Assembly (NCBI GenBank): GCA_963749705.1
Contig: CAVVNQ010000008.1
Span: 256,001 to 320,000 of the forward strand
Length of the DNA stretch: 64,000 nucleotides
Origin: an uncultured Chloroflexia bacterium
GTDB lineage: Bacteria; Chloroflexota; Limnocylindria; Limnocylindrales; CSP1-4
Reading direction: 5' to 3'
Positions within the stretch are counted from its first letter, which is position 1; each line of letters starts with the position of its first letter. The translations under genes were made by a program, and so were the position numbers. This document shows, piece after piece, positions 22,446 through 31,497 of this stretch. The notes under the pieces were generated by a model. That model was not told where the DNA came from, made no database searches, and worked only from the letters and a program-made list of their open reading frames with translations.

Positions 22446-22556
22446 CGCCTCGATCAGTTCTGCGCTGCCGAGCGCTGGCCAGGGTGGGAGCCGGCCAAGC
22501 GCACCCAGAACGCCAAGCACAGGCGGGCGTCGTCCAACCGGAAGCCGCCGCGAGGA

Positions 22557-23030
22557 TCAGCCGGATGCACCCGCGGTCGGCGCGCCGAGTCCGGGCGGTG
22601 GGGTCGCCACGAAGCACCGAGCCGGGAGGCCTGCCTGGGCGACGCGTAGCTGCTCAGAGGCCGTCGCGAGTTCCTCATCTGTGATCCCGTAAGTGCTGGC
22701 ATAGGCGGGGAGCAGCGCGTTGGCGGCCTGTCCGATGTGAAGGTAGGCCCGGAGCAGCGCCTGCCAGGTGCCGCCCTGCCTGACGTCGCTCGACGTGATC
22801 GTCTGGAGGACGTCATGCCCCTGCTTCGCGAGCGCGGCCGCCTCGCTGGCGAGCTGCCGTGCGGATGCCTTGTCCCCGCTGGCGTCCTTCGCGGCCGCCC
22901 CCTCGACAAGCGTCTTGGCTGCGGAGAGACTCCCCGCCACCCCGCACGTCGTGGCATCAGCCGCCGCCCCGAAAGCGGAACAGGCGGCTACAAGCGAATA
23001 CGCCAGGACGATGGTCAGGGCGATCCTCAT
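22557..23030 (-). CDS. Hypothetical lipoprotein
   Basis: MRIALTIVLAYSLVAAC lipobox; helical body. Confidence 0.7.
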   Translation of the reverse strand: MRIALTIVLAYSLVAACSAFGAAADATTCGVAGSLSAAKTLVEGAAAKDASGDKASARQLASEAAALAKQGHDVLQTITSSDVRQGGTWQALLRAYLHIGQAANALLPAYASTYGITDEELATASEQLRVAQAGLPARCFVATPPPGLGAPTAGASG

Positions 23031-23275
23031 GGCGTGACAATCGCGGAAGCTGTTGGCCGGGTCAAGAGTCCGGGGTCAGTCGGTCGAGATCCTGTTATGA
23101 GGAAACCCCCACCAGACGCGTTGCCCCGCAAACCCCCTCAGGTGCGCCTACGTTCACGCCGATTCCCCACGCCGATTGCATTGGCGAACGCATCGCGATG
23201 GGGACGCCCAGTTGCGTCGCCAGCCCGGACTTCCGACGCATGTGACGGCATCGCTTCGAGACTACAGTGACGTCG

Positions 23276-23443
23276 ATGCGACGACTTCTCGTTCGACTTG
23301 AACAGGCTGACGACCTCACTCGGGTCGGACTTCTACTGGTGTTACTGGTCCTGCTGGTCGTGGTGCTCGCACTTTCCAGCGGCCCGCCGCCAATCCTTGG
23401 TGGCGTCAGCACCGGGGTTGATCTGCCGACGCCTCAACGCTAA
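23276..23443 (+). CDS. 55-aa single-TM protein (not in the ORF track)
   Basis: MRRLLVRLEQADDLTRVGLLLVLLVLLVVVLALSSGPPPILGGVSTGVDLPTPQR*; ends 11 bp before array site 1. Confidence 0.5.
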   Translation: MRRLLVRLEQADDLTRVGLLLVLLVLLVVVLALSSGPPPILGGVSTGVDLPTPQR

Positions 23444-23454
23444 GCCTCAGCGGA

Positions 23455-23482
23455 CGGGTGACATTGCCGACACACACTGCGA
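23455..23482 (+). repeat. 28-bp array site 1
   Basis: CGGGTGACATT-GCCGAC-ACACACTGCGA. Confidence 0.9.
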
Positions 23483-23499
23483 CGACGCGGTGGCGTACC

Positions 23500-24108
23500 T
23501 CACCCTGGTGGCCATGACGGGAGGGGGAGGTACCCGTCGCGGCTGACCTCGTCGACTGTAATGCTGAACAGCGCCCGATCAGGGTCGTTCACGTAATGAC
23601 GGTCATCGCCATTCCCGATCATGAGACCGACCCCTCGCTGATCGAGGACCATCCAGAGGCGCCGCACCCGCTCACCGTCGTCATGCCAGCGCAGCGCCTC
23701 GACAACGCAGTGATCCGGCAGGCCGCCGTTGTATGACGGGCAGTCGTCGGCGACGACCGGGCCGCACGGGCTATCCATTGCGGCGGGCGGGAACGAGTCC
23801 TGGCACCCATCGAGCGACAGGACTCGCGGTCGAACGATGAACCCCGCCGCCTCGGCGATCCCTTTCGCGACTGGGTAGCCGTCGAGGGGATCGGCGTCGA
23901 CGAAATAGCTTCGAGTGGCCCGGGCTTTGATCAGGAACCCGCCGTCGATCACCTCGGTTTCGACCGGCTCCCACGACGCAGGCACCGCAAGCGCATCCAG
24001 CGTCGGCAGCAGGCGGTCGCCGTCCGAGGGCCACAGCGCGCAGGTGGCCGGGACCACGACGACGAGCGCCAGCAAGGCGGCGAGCGACGAGATGACTCGG
24101 CGGCCCAT
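23500..24108 (-). CDS. Secreted or membrane-anchored hypothetical protein
   Basis: N-terminal hydrophobic segment; Cys-containing body; GAGG upstream. Confidence 0.6.
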   Translation of the reverse strand: MGRRVISSLAALLALVVVVPATCALWPSDGDRLLPTLDALAVPASWEPVETEVIDGGFLIKARATRSYFVDADPLDGYPVAKGIAEAAGFIVRPRVLSLDGCQDSFPPAAMDSPCGPVVADDCPSYNGGLPDHCVVEALRWHDDGERVRRLWMVLDQRGVGLMIGNGDDRHYVNDPDRALFSITVDEVSRDGYLPLPSWPPG

Positions 24109-24204
24109 CACCTCAAGTATGGAATACCGGCACTCCGGCGACCATGTGACCGGGTGACAAGCAGGGACAGGCGGCCCGGCGGGTCGTTCCGTCGTCCGCT
24201 CTCG

Positions 24205-24942
24205 TCAGACGTTGATCCGATCGCTGTCGAAGGCGATGCGATCGGCGACGCCGACGGGCCAGACCTCGAGGAGGCTCTCCGCGCGCAACGCCTGGACCAG
24301 CATCGCCGAGCCGCCGACGCAGGTGAAGTCGAGGTCAGGGTCCGAGGCCACGAACCAGGCCCGGTCCGCCGGCCAGATGAGGCTTGGCGGCTCGGCTGAA
24401 CGGGTGCCCTCGTCAGATGACCAGCCCAGGTCACGGGCCAGCGTCAGCGGACCTCGGCGGATGAGGTAGCTGCGCTGCTCAAGGTCGAGCACTTCGGGCC
24501 CGGCCCATGCCTCGACCGGCCAGCCGTAGCCGTCCCATACCCCGATGAAACAGTCGCCGGGTGTCGTCGTGTGGGCTGTGAGCACCCCGAACAGGGCCTC
24601 GAGACCTTGCGGGTCGAGGCCGTCCCTGTCGGGCGGTGCCGCGAAGGGCGGTGCCCCGTGGGCCGTCGTCACCGGGGCAGCCACCGACTCCCACTGCGCC
24701 AGCGGGTGCATCGTGCGCTCCGACCAGGCAGCGACGGTTTCCCATCGAACGCGCGCGTCCTTCCACCGCGATCCCCACGCCGGGTGGAGGATGCGGGCAT
24801 AGGCCTCGAAGACGACCGGGACGAGCGACCCGACCACGTACTCGCCAAACGGCCGCCGGTGCTCTGCGATCCAGCCGGCGTCCGCTGCCGGCATCCTGGG
24901 GCGCCGGTCGGGTTTCTGGCGCGTTCGGAGGTGGAACCTCAT
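24205..24942 (-). CDS. Hypothetical protein of an actinobacterial-type family
   Basis: VPVVFEAYARILHP...CFIGVWDGYG...PSLIWPADRAWFVASDPDLDFTCVGGS. Confidence 0.7.
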   Translation of the reverse strand: MRFHLRTRQKPDRRPRMPAADAGWIAEHRRPFGEYVVGSLVPVVFEAYARILHPAWGSRWKDARVRWETVAAWSERTMHPLAQWESVAAPVTTAHGAPPFAAPPDRDGLDPQGLEALFGVLTAHTTTPGDCFIGVWDGYGWPVEAWAGPEVLDLEQRSYLIRRGPLTLARDLGWSSDEGTRSAEPPSLIWPADRAWFVASDPDLDFTCVGGSAMLVQALRAESLLEVWPVGVADRIAFDSDRINV

Positions 24943-25101
24943 CGGGCAATTGTGCCGCGCCTTCAGACCCGCACGCTTCCTGTGTCCCAACGCAATCCGC
25001 ACGTCCTGCCGGCCTCAGCCGATCCTGAATCGCCATTGAGCCCTTGACGGCGGGTGCGGCCGGGGAGACGCTGTGTGGGCGTCCAATTGCTGGGGGGCGA
25101 C

Positions 25102-25497
25102 ATGCGCCGCTCATGGTTGCTGCTCGTGCCGACGCTGATCGCAGGCTGCGCGAACGCCGCGCCCATGGACATCTCCTGCCAGCCATACGGCCACAGCCCT
25201 GCGCCGATCACCTTCTCCTTCACACCGGGTCCGGTCACGGCGTCGGTGGCCGAGCAGACCGCCGTGGCGCTGTTCGAGTCCTGCGGCTCGCTGGACCCGA
25301 CCCTCACGATCACCGACCTCACCTCCACCGTCCGCGCCGCAGCCGGGGCTCCCGGTCCGAACGCCGGACAGGACGTGTGGCTGGTGAAGGTGGATGCGAC
25401 AGTGGCCGACTCAGTGTCTGGAGCAACCTACCCGTCGCACTTCCTGATCGAGGTGAACCAATCGACGGGCTTCCCAACCATCGTCGGCTACGGCTGA
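25102..25497 (+). CDS. Hypothetical lipoprotein
   Basis: MRRSWLLLVPTLIAGC lipobox; PepSY-like VWLV...IEVNQSTG. Confidence 0.7.
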   Translation: MRRSWLLLVPTLIAGCANAAPMDISCQPYGHSPAPITFSFTPGPVTASVAEQTAVALFESCGSLDPTLTITDLTSTVRAAAGAPGPNAGQDVWLVKVDATVADSVSGATYPSHFLIEVNQSTGFPTIVGYG

Positions 25498-25548
25498 GAG
25501 CACCTAGGTTGAAACATCGCTTCGCCACAACTGCGTCGTGTCGCTGAC

Positions 25549-25959
25549 ATGTGGACGCAGGTTCGGCACAGCCTGCTCGCTGGCGGCGTCGCCCTGCTCG
25601 TCGCTGCGTGCGCAGGACCGAGATTCAGCCCGCCGCCGGACGCGGCCGGTCCCGACGTCGTCTTGCGCGCCTATCTGCAAGCCCTGGTGGCCGGCGACTG
25701 CTCGGCTGGTCAGGTTCTCGGCACTTCGACGTTCGGTTTCGGCGGCGGTGAGCTTTGCGGACATACCACGGTGAGCAGCTTCAGCATCGATGGCCTGCCG
25801 GCGACGCCGAACGGCTCTGAGGTCGTCTTCTCCACGACCCTCGAGACCAGCGGTACTGCCGACGGCACCGTCCGGCCTGGCGGAATGACCTGGTTCTACG
25901 ACCTCAAGCGTCAGCCGACCGGTGCGTGGCGAATTGCAGGGGGTGGCTCCGGTCCCTGA
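25549..25959 (+). CDS. Hypothetical lipoprotein (NTF2-like/DUF4829-like)
   Basis: Lipobox VAAC; PDVVLRAYLQAL...WFYDLKRQPTGAWRIAGGGSGP. Confidence 0.65.
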   Translation: MWTQVRHSLLAGGVALLVAACAGPRFSPPPDAAGPDVVLRAYLQALVAGDCSAGQVLGTSTFGFGGGELCGHTTVSSFSIDGLPATPNGSEVVFSTTLETSGTADGTVRPGGMTWFYDLKRQPTGAWRIAGGGSGP

Positions 25960-25975
25960 TCGGCCTGGTCGGGCC

Positions 25976-26003
25976 GTGATGACAATCCCGACACACATGG
26001 CGA
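25976..26003 (+). repeat. 28-bp array site 2
   Basis: GTGATGACAAT-CCCGAC-ACACATGGCGA. Confidence 0.9.
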
Positions 26004-26070
26004 AGCGACGGCGACGTTCCAGGGGCCGAGGGCGCGGTCACAGCTCCCGGCCAGGTGCCAGACTGTGGCG

Positions 26071-26436
26071 ATGGACAGCCCACGCCCCATGCGCCACCTG
26101 CAGACCGCCGACCTGGCCTGGTTCGACCTCGACCCGGCTTGGCTTGTGACCCTCGCGGCTGCGAATGAGGACCGCCTGCCTGGGCTCGCCGAGCGCCTCG
26201 CCACTTGCCACCGAGCCGCCTGGCAGTGCGATTCGTACCTCGTGCTCCGGGTAGTCTTTCCGGGGCCAGGGATGGATACGGTTGTGCTCGACGACGGGGA
26301 CGCGGAAGAGTTCGCGATCGACCTAGACCGGAGCGGCGATCCCGTCGGGGTTGAGTTCCTCCATCGGCTGCCCTGCCGGTCGGACGGCGCATCCGGACGC
26401 GTCCGCGACCTGATCGGGCGACTCCGCAGCAGGTGA
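26071..26436 (+). CDS. Hypothetical protein with a DUF2283-like C-terminal motif
   Basis: FAIDLDRSGDPVGVEFL; stop TGA is supplied by array site 3. Confidence 0.55.
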   Translation: MDSPRPMRHLQTADLAWFDLDPAWLVTLAAANEDRLPGLAERLATCHRAAWQCDSYLVLRVVFPGPGMDTVVLDDGDAEEFAIDLDRSGDPVGVEFLHRLPCRSDGASGRVRDLIGRLRSR

Positions 26437-26457
26437 CATTCCAGGCACACATTGCGC
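26430..26457 (+). repeat. 28-bp array site 3
   Basis: CAGGTGACATT-CCAGGC-ACACATTGCGC. Confidence 0.9.
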
Positions 26458-26483
26458 ACCTCGCGTATCGCGCTGGCCCCCTG

Positions 26484-26894
26484 ATGTTCTGCCGACGCCG
26501 ACGTCCGACCTTTCTCCATCCAACGCGCGATCTCAGGGCGATCCTCGGGGCCGCGATGGCGAGTGCCGGATCGGATGCGACCGACAGCCTCGACCTCCTC
26601 ACGGCTGCCGTCGGCTCGGGTGCCCTCGCGGACGCGATGCGGCGACTTGGGGTCGACCCGGCAGTGGTTGTGGCCTCGGCCGAGCGGGCGCGGCTCACTC
26701 GCCAGCCGAGCCCGGGCCTGACCGACGATGCAAGAAGAATCGTGGAGACGGTGTCGCATCTGGCGCTCGAAGGTCGCCGTGATCCGTCGGGTCCTGACCT
26801 CCTTGTCGCGCTCGCAACAACGGACACCCCGGCGCGGGCCGTGCTGAACTCCTTGGGTATCGACGAGACACGGCTACGAACGCTCAGCGGTTGA
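26484..26894 (+). CDS. Stand-alone Clp N-terminal-domain-like protein
   Basis: Two repeats of the Clp_N pattern (DLLTAA...MRRLGVD; LTDDARRIV...DLLVAL...ARAVLNSLGID); stop TGA is supplied by site 4. Confidence 0.6.
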   Translation: MFCRRRRPTFLHPTRDLRAILGAAMASAGSDATDSLDLLTAAVGSGALADAMRRLGVDPAVVVASAERARLTRQPSPGLTDDARRIVETVSHLALEGRRDPSGPDLLVALATTDTPARAVLNSLGIDETRLRTLSG

Positions 26895-26915
26895 CGTTCC
26901 GCGCACACATTGCGA
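26888..26915 (+). repeat. 28-bp array site 4
   Basis: CGGTTGACGTT-CCGCGC-ACACATTGCGA. Confidence 0.9.
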
Positions 26916-26920
26916 GGCGA

Positions 26921-27388
26921 CTATCCTCTGGACTGCCCGCCCAGGCCGACAGTTCGGATGGAGTAGACGACCCAGACTCCGGTGGAGATGGCGGTGATCG
27001 CGAACGCGACGCGGATCCCGGGGAATGGAACAACCAGGGCGAGGAGAGGATCCAGCAACGCGACAACCGCATAGGCGATCACCGGCGCCAGGAACGTCGA
27101 TCCGATCACCACCCGGTCGCCATATGTCGACTGCAGCCGCAGCCGCTCCAGTTGATCGGTCGGCTGAGGTTGTCCCTGCTGTCGGCCCGCAGGTGACTGC
27201 TGGTACCTGGCCACGAACCGTGACCATGAGTCGGCGGGTGTGACACGAGGCGGGATGCGCCCCGCCTCGACCAGCGCCTGCTCGAATCGGTGGAACAAGA
27301 CGTTGCGGATTGCGACGCCCAGCCCGACCACCTCGATGGCAACCAGGAACACGCCGATCATGTAGCTAAATCCGTCCGTCAGCTCCAT
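26921..27388 (-). CDS. Hypothetical membrane protein
   Basis: TAAGG RBS; about 3 TM segments; lies between sites 4 and 5. Confidence 0.6.
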   Translation of the reverse strand: MELTDGFSYMIGVFLVAIEVVGLGVAIRNVLFHRFEQALVEAGRIPPRVTPADSWSRFVARYQQSPAGRQQGQPQPTDQLERLRLQSTYGDRVVIGSTFLAPVIAYAVVALLDPLLALVVPFPGIRVAFAITAISTGVWVVYSIRTVGLGGQSRG

Positions 27389-27480
27389 GACCTTAGTATT
27401 CCGCGCGGTCCGACCTCTTGGACCTGGCACGCTCGCTGGCGCGAAGATTGGTTCGCCAAGTCCGGTCCGAGATCCCCAAG

Positions 27481-27508
27481 CAGATGACATTCGCGGCACA
27501 CATTGCGA
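27481..27508 (+). repeat. 28-bp array site 5
   Basis: CAGATGACATT-CGCGGC-ACACATTGCGA. Confidence 0.9.
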
Positions 27509-27690
27509 TGACGACGTGACAGGTCTCGGTGCCGCAACTGCGGGTGACGTGCGTGGCGGACCGGCCCGCGATCCTGCCGAACGGCCCGTTGCGTCGTGCT
27601 CTGCCCCGCACTCATGATCGGAGTCACGGCACATGAGCGGGGATGTCATGAAGCGACGGACCCTCTGTCCGATGGCGATAGCCGAGTAGC

Positions 27691-27882
27691 GTGAGACCCG
27701 CTGTGAGATCGCTCAACAGCCGCTCGGTCAGTGCCCGGTGGGACGTGCCACCGGACGCGGTCGCGGCCGCGATCAGGCGCGCGATCGCCGACGAGCGCTA
27801 CGAGGACGCGGGGCATCCCACCGGGTCGCTGTGGCTCGTGCCGCAGGTCGAGGCCGTCCTCGAGCGAGTCGGCACCCCGTGA
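27691..27882 (+). CDS. Small hypothetical ORF or gene fragment
   Basis: 63 aa; C-terminal half is protein-like; no clear RBS. Confidence 0.3.
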   Translation: MRPAVRSLNSRSVSARWDVPPDAVAAAIRRAIADERYEDAGHPTGSLWLVPQVEAVLERVGTP

Positions 27883-28037
27883 AGGTGTGACCTCCAGACG
27901 CTCGCGAACGACGTCGGAAGGTGCTGAACGTCAGGCGTCATTCGCTCGTGCTATGCGAGATTGCCCGTGCGTACTATCGGACCGTGAGCCTCCAGGACAA
28001 TGTGGGGCGGGTGCGATCTGATCGAGGAGGAGGAGCG

Positions 28038-28337
28038 ATGGTGCGCCGGAAGGAGACTGGTGCCGAGTACATCGAGCGCCACGCGCTCGTGATCCCGCTG
28101 ATCCTCGGCGACATGATCGAGCACCTCGGAGCCGCAACCCAAGCGTGGACCCAAGCCGTCGAGGCCGCCCGCAGCGGTGACCTCGACCGAGCCCTGAAGG
28201 AAGTCGTAGATGTCGAGATCGGCGTCGACGTCCCACTCCGGGTCGGCCGCGCCGAGATCCGATCGATGATGGAACGCGCCGGCAACCTCCTCGACTCGGA
28301 ACTCCCGGACGACGACGGGGATCTCCAGACCGGATGA
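28038..28337 (+). CDS. Hypothetical protein (99 aa)
   Basis: Strong GAGGAGGAG RBS; stop TGA is supplied by site 6. Confidence 0.7.
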   Translation: MVRRKETGAEYIERHALVIPLILGDMIEHLGAATQAWTQAVEAARSGDLDRALKEVVDVEIGVDVPLRVGRAEIRSMMERAGNLLDSELPDDDGDLQTG

Positions 28338-28358
28338 CATTCCCGCGACACATTGCGA
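28331..28358 (+). repeat. 28-bp array site 6
   Basis: CGGATGACATT-CCCGCG-ACACATTGCGA. Confidence 0.9.
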
Positions 28359-28432
28359 TGGGACTGGCACCCTCTGCCGTGGCGCGGGCCACACACTTAG
28401 CGGGGCACCATCCGAACTGCTAGGGTGCGAAC

Positions 28433-28840
28433 GTGGTCAGCAAGCGCCTCCTCGAGCTTGTCACGGATCCCGCTGAACGGTCGTACCTCTCGGGGGAGGA
28501 CGGCTACTGGGCCGATATGGTCGTCGAAGAGCTGTCGTTCCTCGAGGCCCGCGGGTTCCGGATCGAGGCGATCCGTTTCCATCAGGAGGGCGACTCGATC
28601 ACCTACCGCGGACCAGAGGGTTCCGTCGAGTTCGGGTTCTTCCCGGACGCGGGTGACATCTCGGCGCGGGCCTCGCTGCGCACCTCTGCACTGAGGTACG
28701 ACGGCGACCTTGACGTTCTCGCTCGTCAGCTGCATCCCGACATGCCAACGCCGCCCAAGCTCCCGCTCCATCCGGAGACGATCTCCCGCAACGTGCAGTT
28801 CTGGGCGGATCTGCTCCACTCGGTGTCTGACACCGTGTAG
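28433..28840 (+). CDS. Hypothetical protein
   Basis: 135-aa ORF with globular composition. Confidence 0.6.
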   Translation: MVSKRLLELVTDPAERSYLSGEDGYWADMVVEELSFLEARGFRIEAIRFHQEGDSITYRGPEGSVEFGFFPDAGDISARASLRTSALRYDGDLDVLARQLHPDMPTPPKLPLHPETISRNVQFWADLLHSVSDTV

Positions 28841-28847
28841 GGGCACT

Positions 28848-29141
28848 GTGGGTGGTCGATTGACCGTCACTTACGTGCCGCCGGACGGCGACCTCGCCCT
28901 GTGTTTCCGGCCCGAGGGCGCTGGTCACGATGTCGACTTGCCGCTGTATCTCCGGGCCTGGCATAGCGACCTGCCGGACATCCTCGAGTACGGCGTCGCG
29001 GAGAGCGCGGCTAACGCCCTTGAGAATGCGCGCGCGTTTGCCAGCCGGGCTGATGCCCTTCGGGACCTCCTCGCAGGTGATCCGCGCGAGGTCCAGCGTG
29101 CCCTCGCGCTCCGGTGGTGGGATGTCCCTCTGCCCAGGTGA
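28848..29141 (+). CDS. Hypothetical protein or 3' gene fragment
   Basis: 97 aa from GTG 28848; ends 13 bp before site 7. Confidence 0.45.
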   Translation: MGGRLTVTYVPPDGDLALCFRPEGAGHDVDLPLYLRAWHSDLPDILEYGVAESAANALENARAFASRADALRDLLAGDPREVQRALALRWWDVPLPR

Positions 29142-29154
29142 TCACCACCGGCAG

Positions 29155-29182
29155 CCGATGACCTTTCCGACACAGATTGCGA
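29155..29182 (+). repeat. 28-bp array site 7
   Basis: CCGATGACCTT-TCCGAC-ACAGATTGCGA. Confidence 0.85.
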
Positions 29183-29355
29183 CGCGTGCGACCTGCCGCC
29201 CGGTACGTCTCCACCGCAACACCGTTCAAGGGCATCGGCGGGAGGGCCACAGACGATGAGCGAGGCTGAAGTCAGCGCCCGGCTGGCGACCCTCCCGTGT
29301 TCCTGGGTGAGTCCTGCTCCGCGACGACGTAGGGTTGACCCGCGCCGGCACCCCC

Positions 29356-29988
29356 TCAGCCTGGTTGGTCGTCAATCAGGCGGGGGAACACAACGTCGAG
29401 CGGGTCCATCCCCAAGGCCTTCCCTTTGTCTCTCGCCCATTTGAGCGCGGCCGACACGTCCTCCTCCGAAAGCGTTTGCTCAACCGGACTCCATGCCCGT
29501 ACGAACGTGATGACCCGGATCAGATCCGCCGCGTCGGCAATGACGCTTTCGAGGTCTGGCCATACGGTCGTTGGCTCCGCCAGTACCGCAATCTCCCACT
29601 CATCGGTGTCCATCGACTTGAGCGCGCTCTTCGCCGAATGGGCCTGGTCGTACATTCTCGCGGCATGGGCAATCGTCTCCGCAGCAGCCCTGCTGATGGA
29701 CGGAGGCAGGTCATCAACGTGCCGGGCTGCCGGGAGGATCAGACTCCAGGCGAAGATCGGGCCTCCCCACTCTTCCCGAAGCAGATCCATCGCTGCAGCT
29801 TCCGCCAGCACGCCGTTCGCATCTGCGCCAATGGCGATCATCCGCGCTGATGGGTCGGCGGCTAGTAGCTCCCGCAGGTTGCGGCGCTCTGTCGCTGGAT
29901 CCCGTGCCCCCAGCAGCGCAAGCAGCGGCTGGGCCCGGGCCAGAGAGAGCAGTTGGACCAACTGCCGCTCGATCACGAGTCCTGCCAC
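29356..29988 (-). CDS. Hypothetical protein
   Basis: 210-aa helical ORF; GAGG upstream; atypical codon usage. Confidence 0.55.
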   Translation of the reverse strand: MAGLVIERQLVQLLSLARAQPLLALLGARDPATERRNLRELLAADPSARMIAIGADANGVLAEAAAMDLLREEWGGPIFAWSLILPAARHVDDLPPSISRAAAETIAHAARMYDQAHSAKSALKSMDTDEWEIAVLAEPTTVWPDLESVIADAADLIRVITFVRAWSPVEQTLSEEDVSAALKWARDKGKALGMDPLDVVFPRLIDDQPG

Positions 29989-30235
29989 CTCGTCATGCCC
30001 CTTCCCCGTCTCCGATTGGCCGGTTCGTGCTTTCGCATCGACACTTTGGGCGAGTTCTACGACGAGGCCTGGCTCATGGCCTCTTGATCACGGCGTGTGT
30101 AGCGGCCCGTCTAGCTGTGGGGCGATTGATCTCCCGAAACTGACCTTCGTGTCATGGGAGCTGTCACGGTCGAGTCCAAACGCCGACCAGTCGACCGGCG
30201 AGTTCTACGACAACGACCGGCTACTCGCCCTCTGA

Positions 30236-30640
30236 TCAGCGGCCGGCCTTCGCCGCCAAGATCAACAGGATTGTGCCTATCGCGAGAGCGCCCACCCAAA
30301 CGATCACGAGCGTCTTGAAGGCAGGCATTCTGAAGGCGGCGCGCCGTCGCTCGACAGCCAGCGGGCCTTCACCTCGGCGAGATTGATACACCCAGGCTGC
30401 CACGACGGCTGCGTTCAGCGTGAGGAGGATCACGATCCACGTTTGATCGCCGAGAATGCCGCCCAGGACGGGCATGGCGAGAACCACGACGACAAGCCCG
30501 GCAGCCAGCACGGCGAGGCGAGGTGCTTGGCGTCGAACGGCTCCGCTTCCTCCACCCAGATATATCGCGCCGACGGTAAACGCCATCGTTCCGATCACGA
30601 TGAACGCGCCGAACAGCACGAGGGCGGGGCTGGACATCAC
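30236..30640 (-). CDS. Four-TM membrane protein
   Basis: Four hydrophobic segments; GAGG RBS. Confidence 0.65.
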   Translation of the reverse strand: MMSSPALVLFGAFIVIGTMAFTVGAIYLGGGSGAVRRQAPRLAVLAAGLVVVVLAMPVLGGILGDQTWIVILLTLNAAVVAAWVYQSRRGEGPLAVERRRAAFRMPAFKTLVIVWVGALAIGTILLILAAKAGR

Positions 30641-30730
30641 GCCTCAAGCATCGGCTCACCATGGCCGAACCGCAAGTTGGTCAAGGCGCAGGAGTCGTGA
30701 ATACCCACTGCAGCCGTTCTTGGCCTGCGG

Positions 30731-31237
30731 TCAGCCGATGCTTCTGGCCGTGCCGGTTCGGTCGAGGCAGAGGAACCGTCCGCCCAGGCTGCCATCCGGG
30801 GTGACGCCGGTGAAGTCGTGGGCTTTGGGGATCCGCAGATGCGTCTCGATCCCGCCTCGGGCGTTGCTGAGTGTGATCTCGATCCAGTCTCCATCCACGC
30901 GGCCCCTCGCCGCGACCTGCCAGCAGGCGGGGTCGTCGCCCGACGGCCGCCCGGCGTATCCCCAGGTCGGCGTTTCATCGCCCGCGAGCAGCAGGTCGCC
31001 GATGGCCGCGACGCTGCTCGCGATGAATGACGACACCTGGACCTCGCCCGGTCGCCCGTCGAGCGTGTAGAAGTAACCGGCGCCGGGAGCGCCAGACCGC
31101 TCGGCGGTGATGACGCCGGCCAGTGTCACGGTGTAGACGGCGACGGGCTTGCGCTTCAGCTCGCCGACCCCGAGCAAGATCCACGCCAGCACCACCCCGA
31201 TGACGCCGACGATGACCCACTTGCTCATTGCGACCAT
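30731..31237 (-). CDS. Membrane-anchored hypothetical protein
   Basis: N-terminal TM (WVIVGVIGVVLAWILLGV) followed by a beta-rich domain. Confidence 0.6.
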   Translation of the reverse strand: MVAMSKWVIVGVIGVVLAWILLGVGELKRKPVAVYTVTLAGVITAERSGAPGAGYFYTLDGRPGEVQVSSFIASSVAAIGDLLLAGDETPTWGYAGRPSGDDPACWQVAARGRVDGDWIEITLSNARGGIETHLRIPKAHDFTGVTPDGSLGGRFLCLDRTGTARSIG

Positions 31238-31317
31238 CGGACGGGACTCACCCGTTCACATTGATCGCGGTGGCGCGCACCTGCAACTGGTTCGAATGTC
31301 CTCGGTGTGCTCGGGAC

Positions 31318-31345
31318 CACGTTACATTCCCGACACACATTGCGA
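31318..31345 (+). repeat. 28-bp array site 8
   Basis: CACGTTACATT-CCCGAC-ACACATTGCGA. Confidence 0.9.
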
Positions 31346-31497
31346 GATGGCGCGCCGTGCGCCATGGTGGGTCCGCTTCGTGCGCCATGGGAGCCAGCCG
31401 GACGCACGAGGGAACGTTTGGGTCGGCGTTGGCGTTCGATCGTCACACGTTCGCCATCCCGCCGTCACAGCGAGCACATTGACGGAGTCGGGAGGAG

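Noticed and set aside
31213-31233. TGAC...CATTGCGA resembling an array site
   Set aside because: Wrong spacing and it lies within the start of a coding region.
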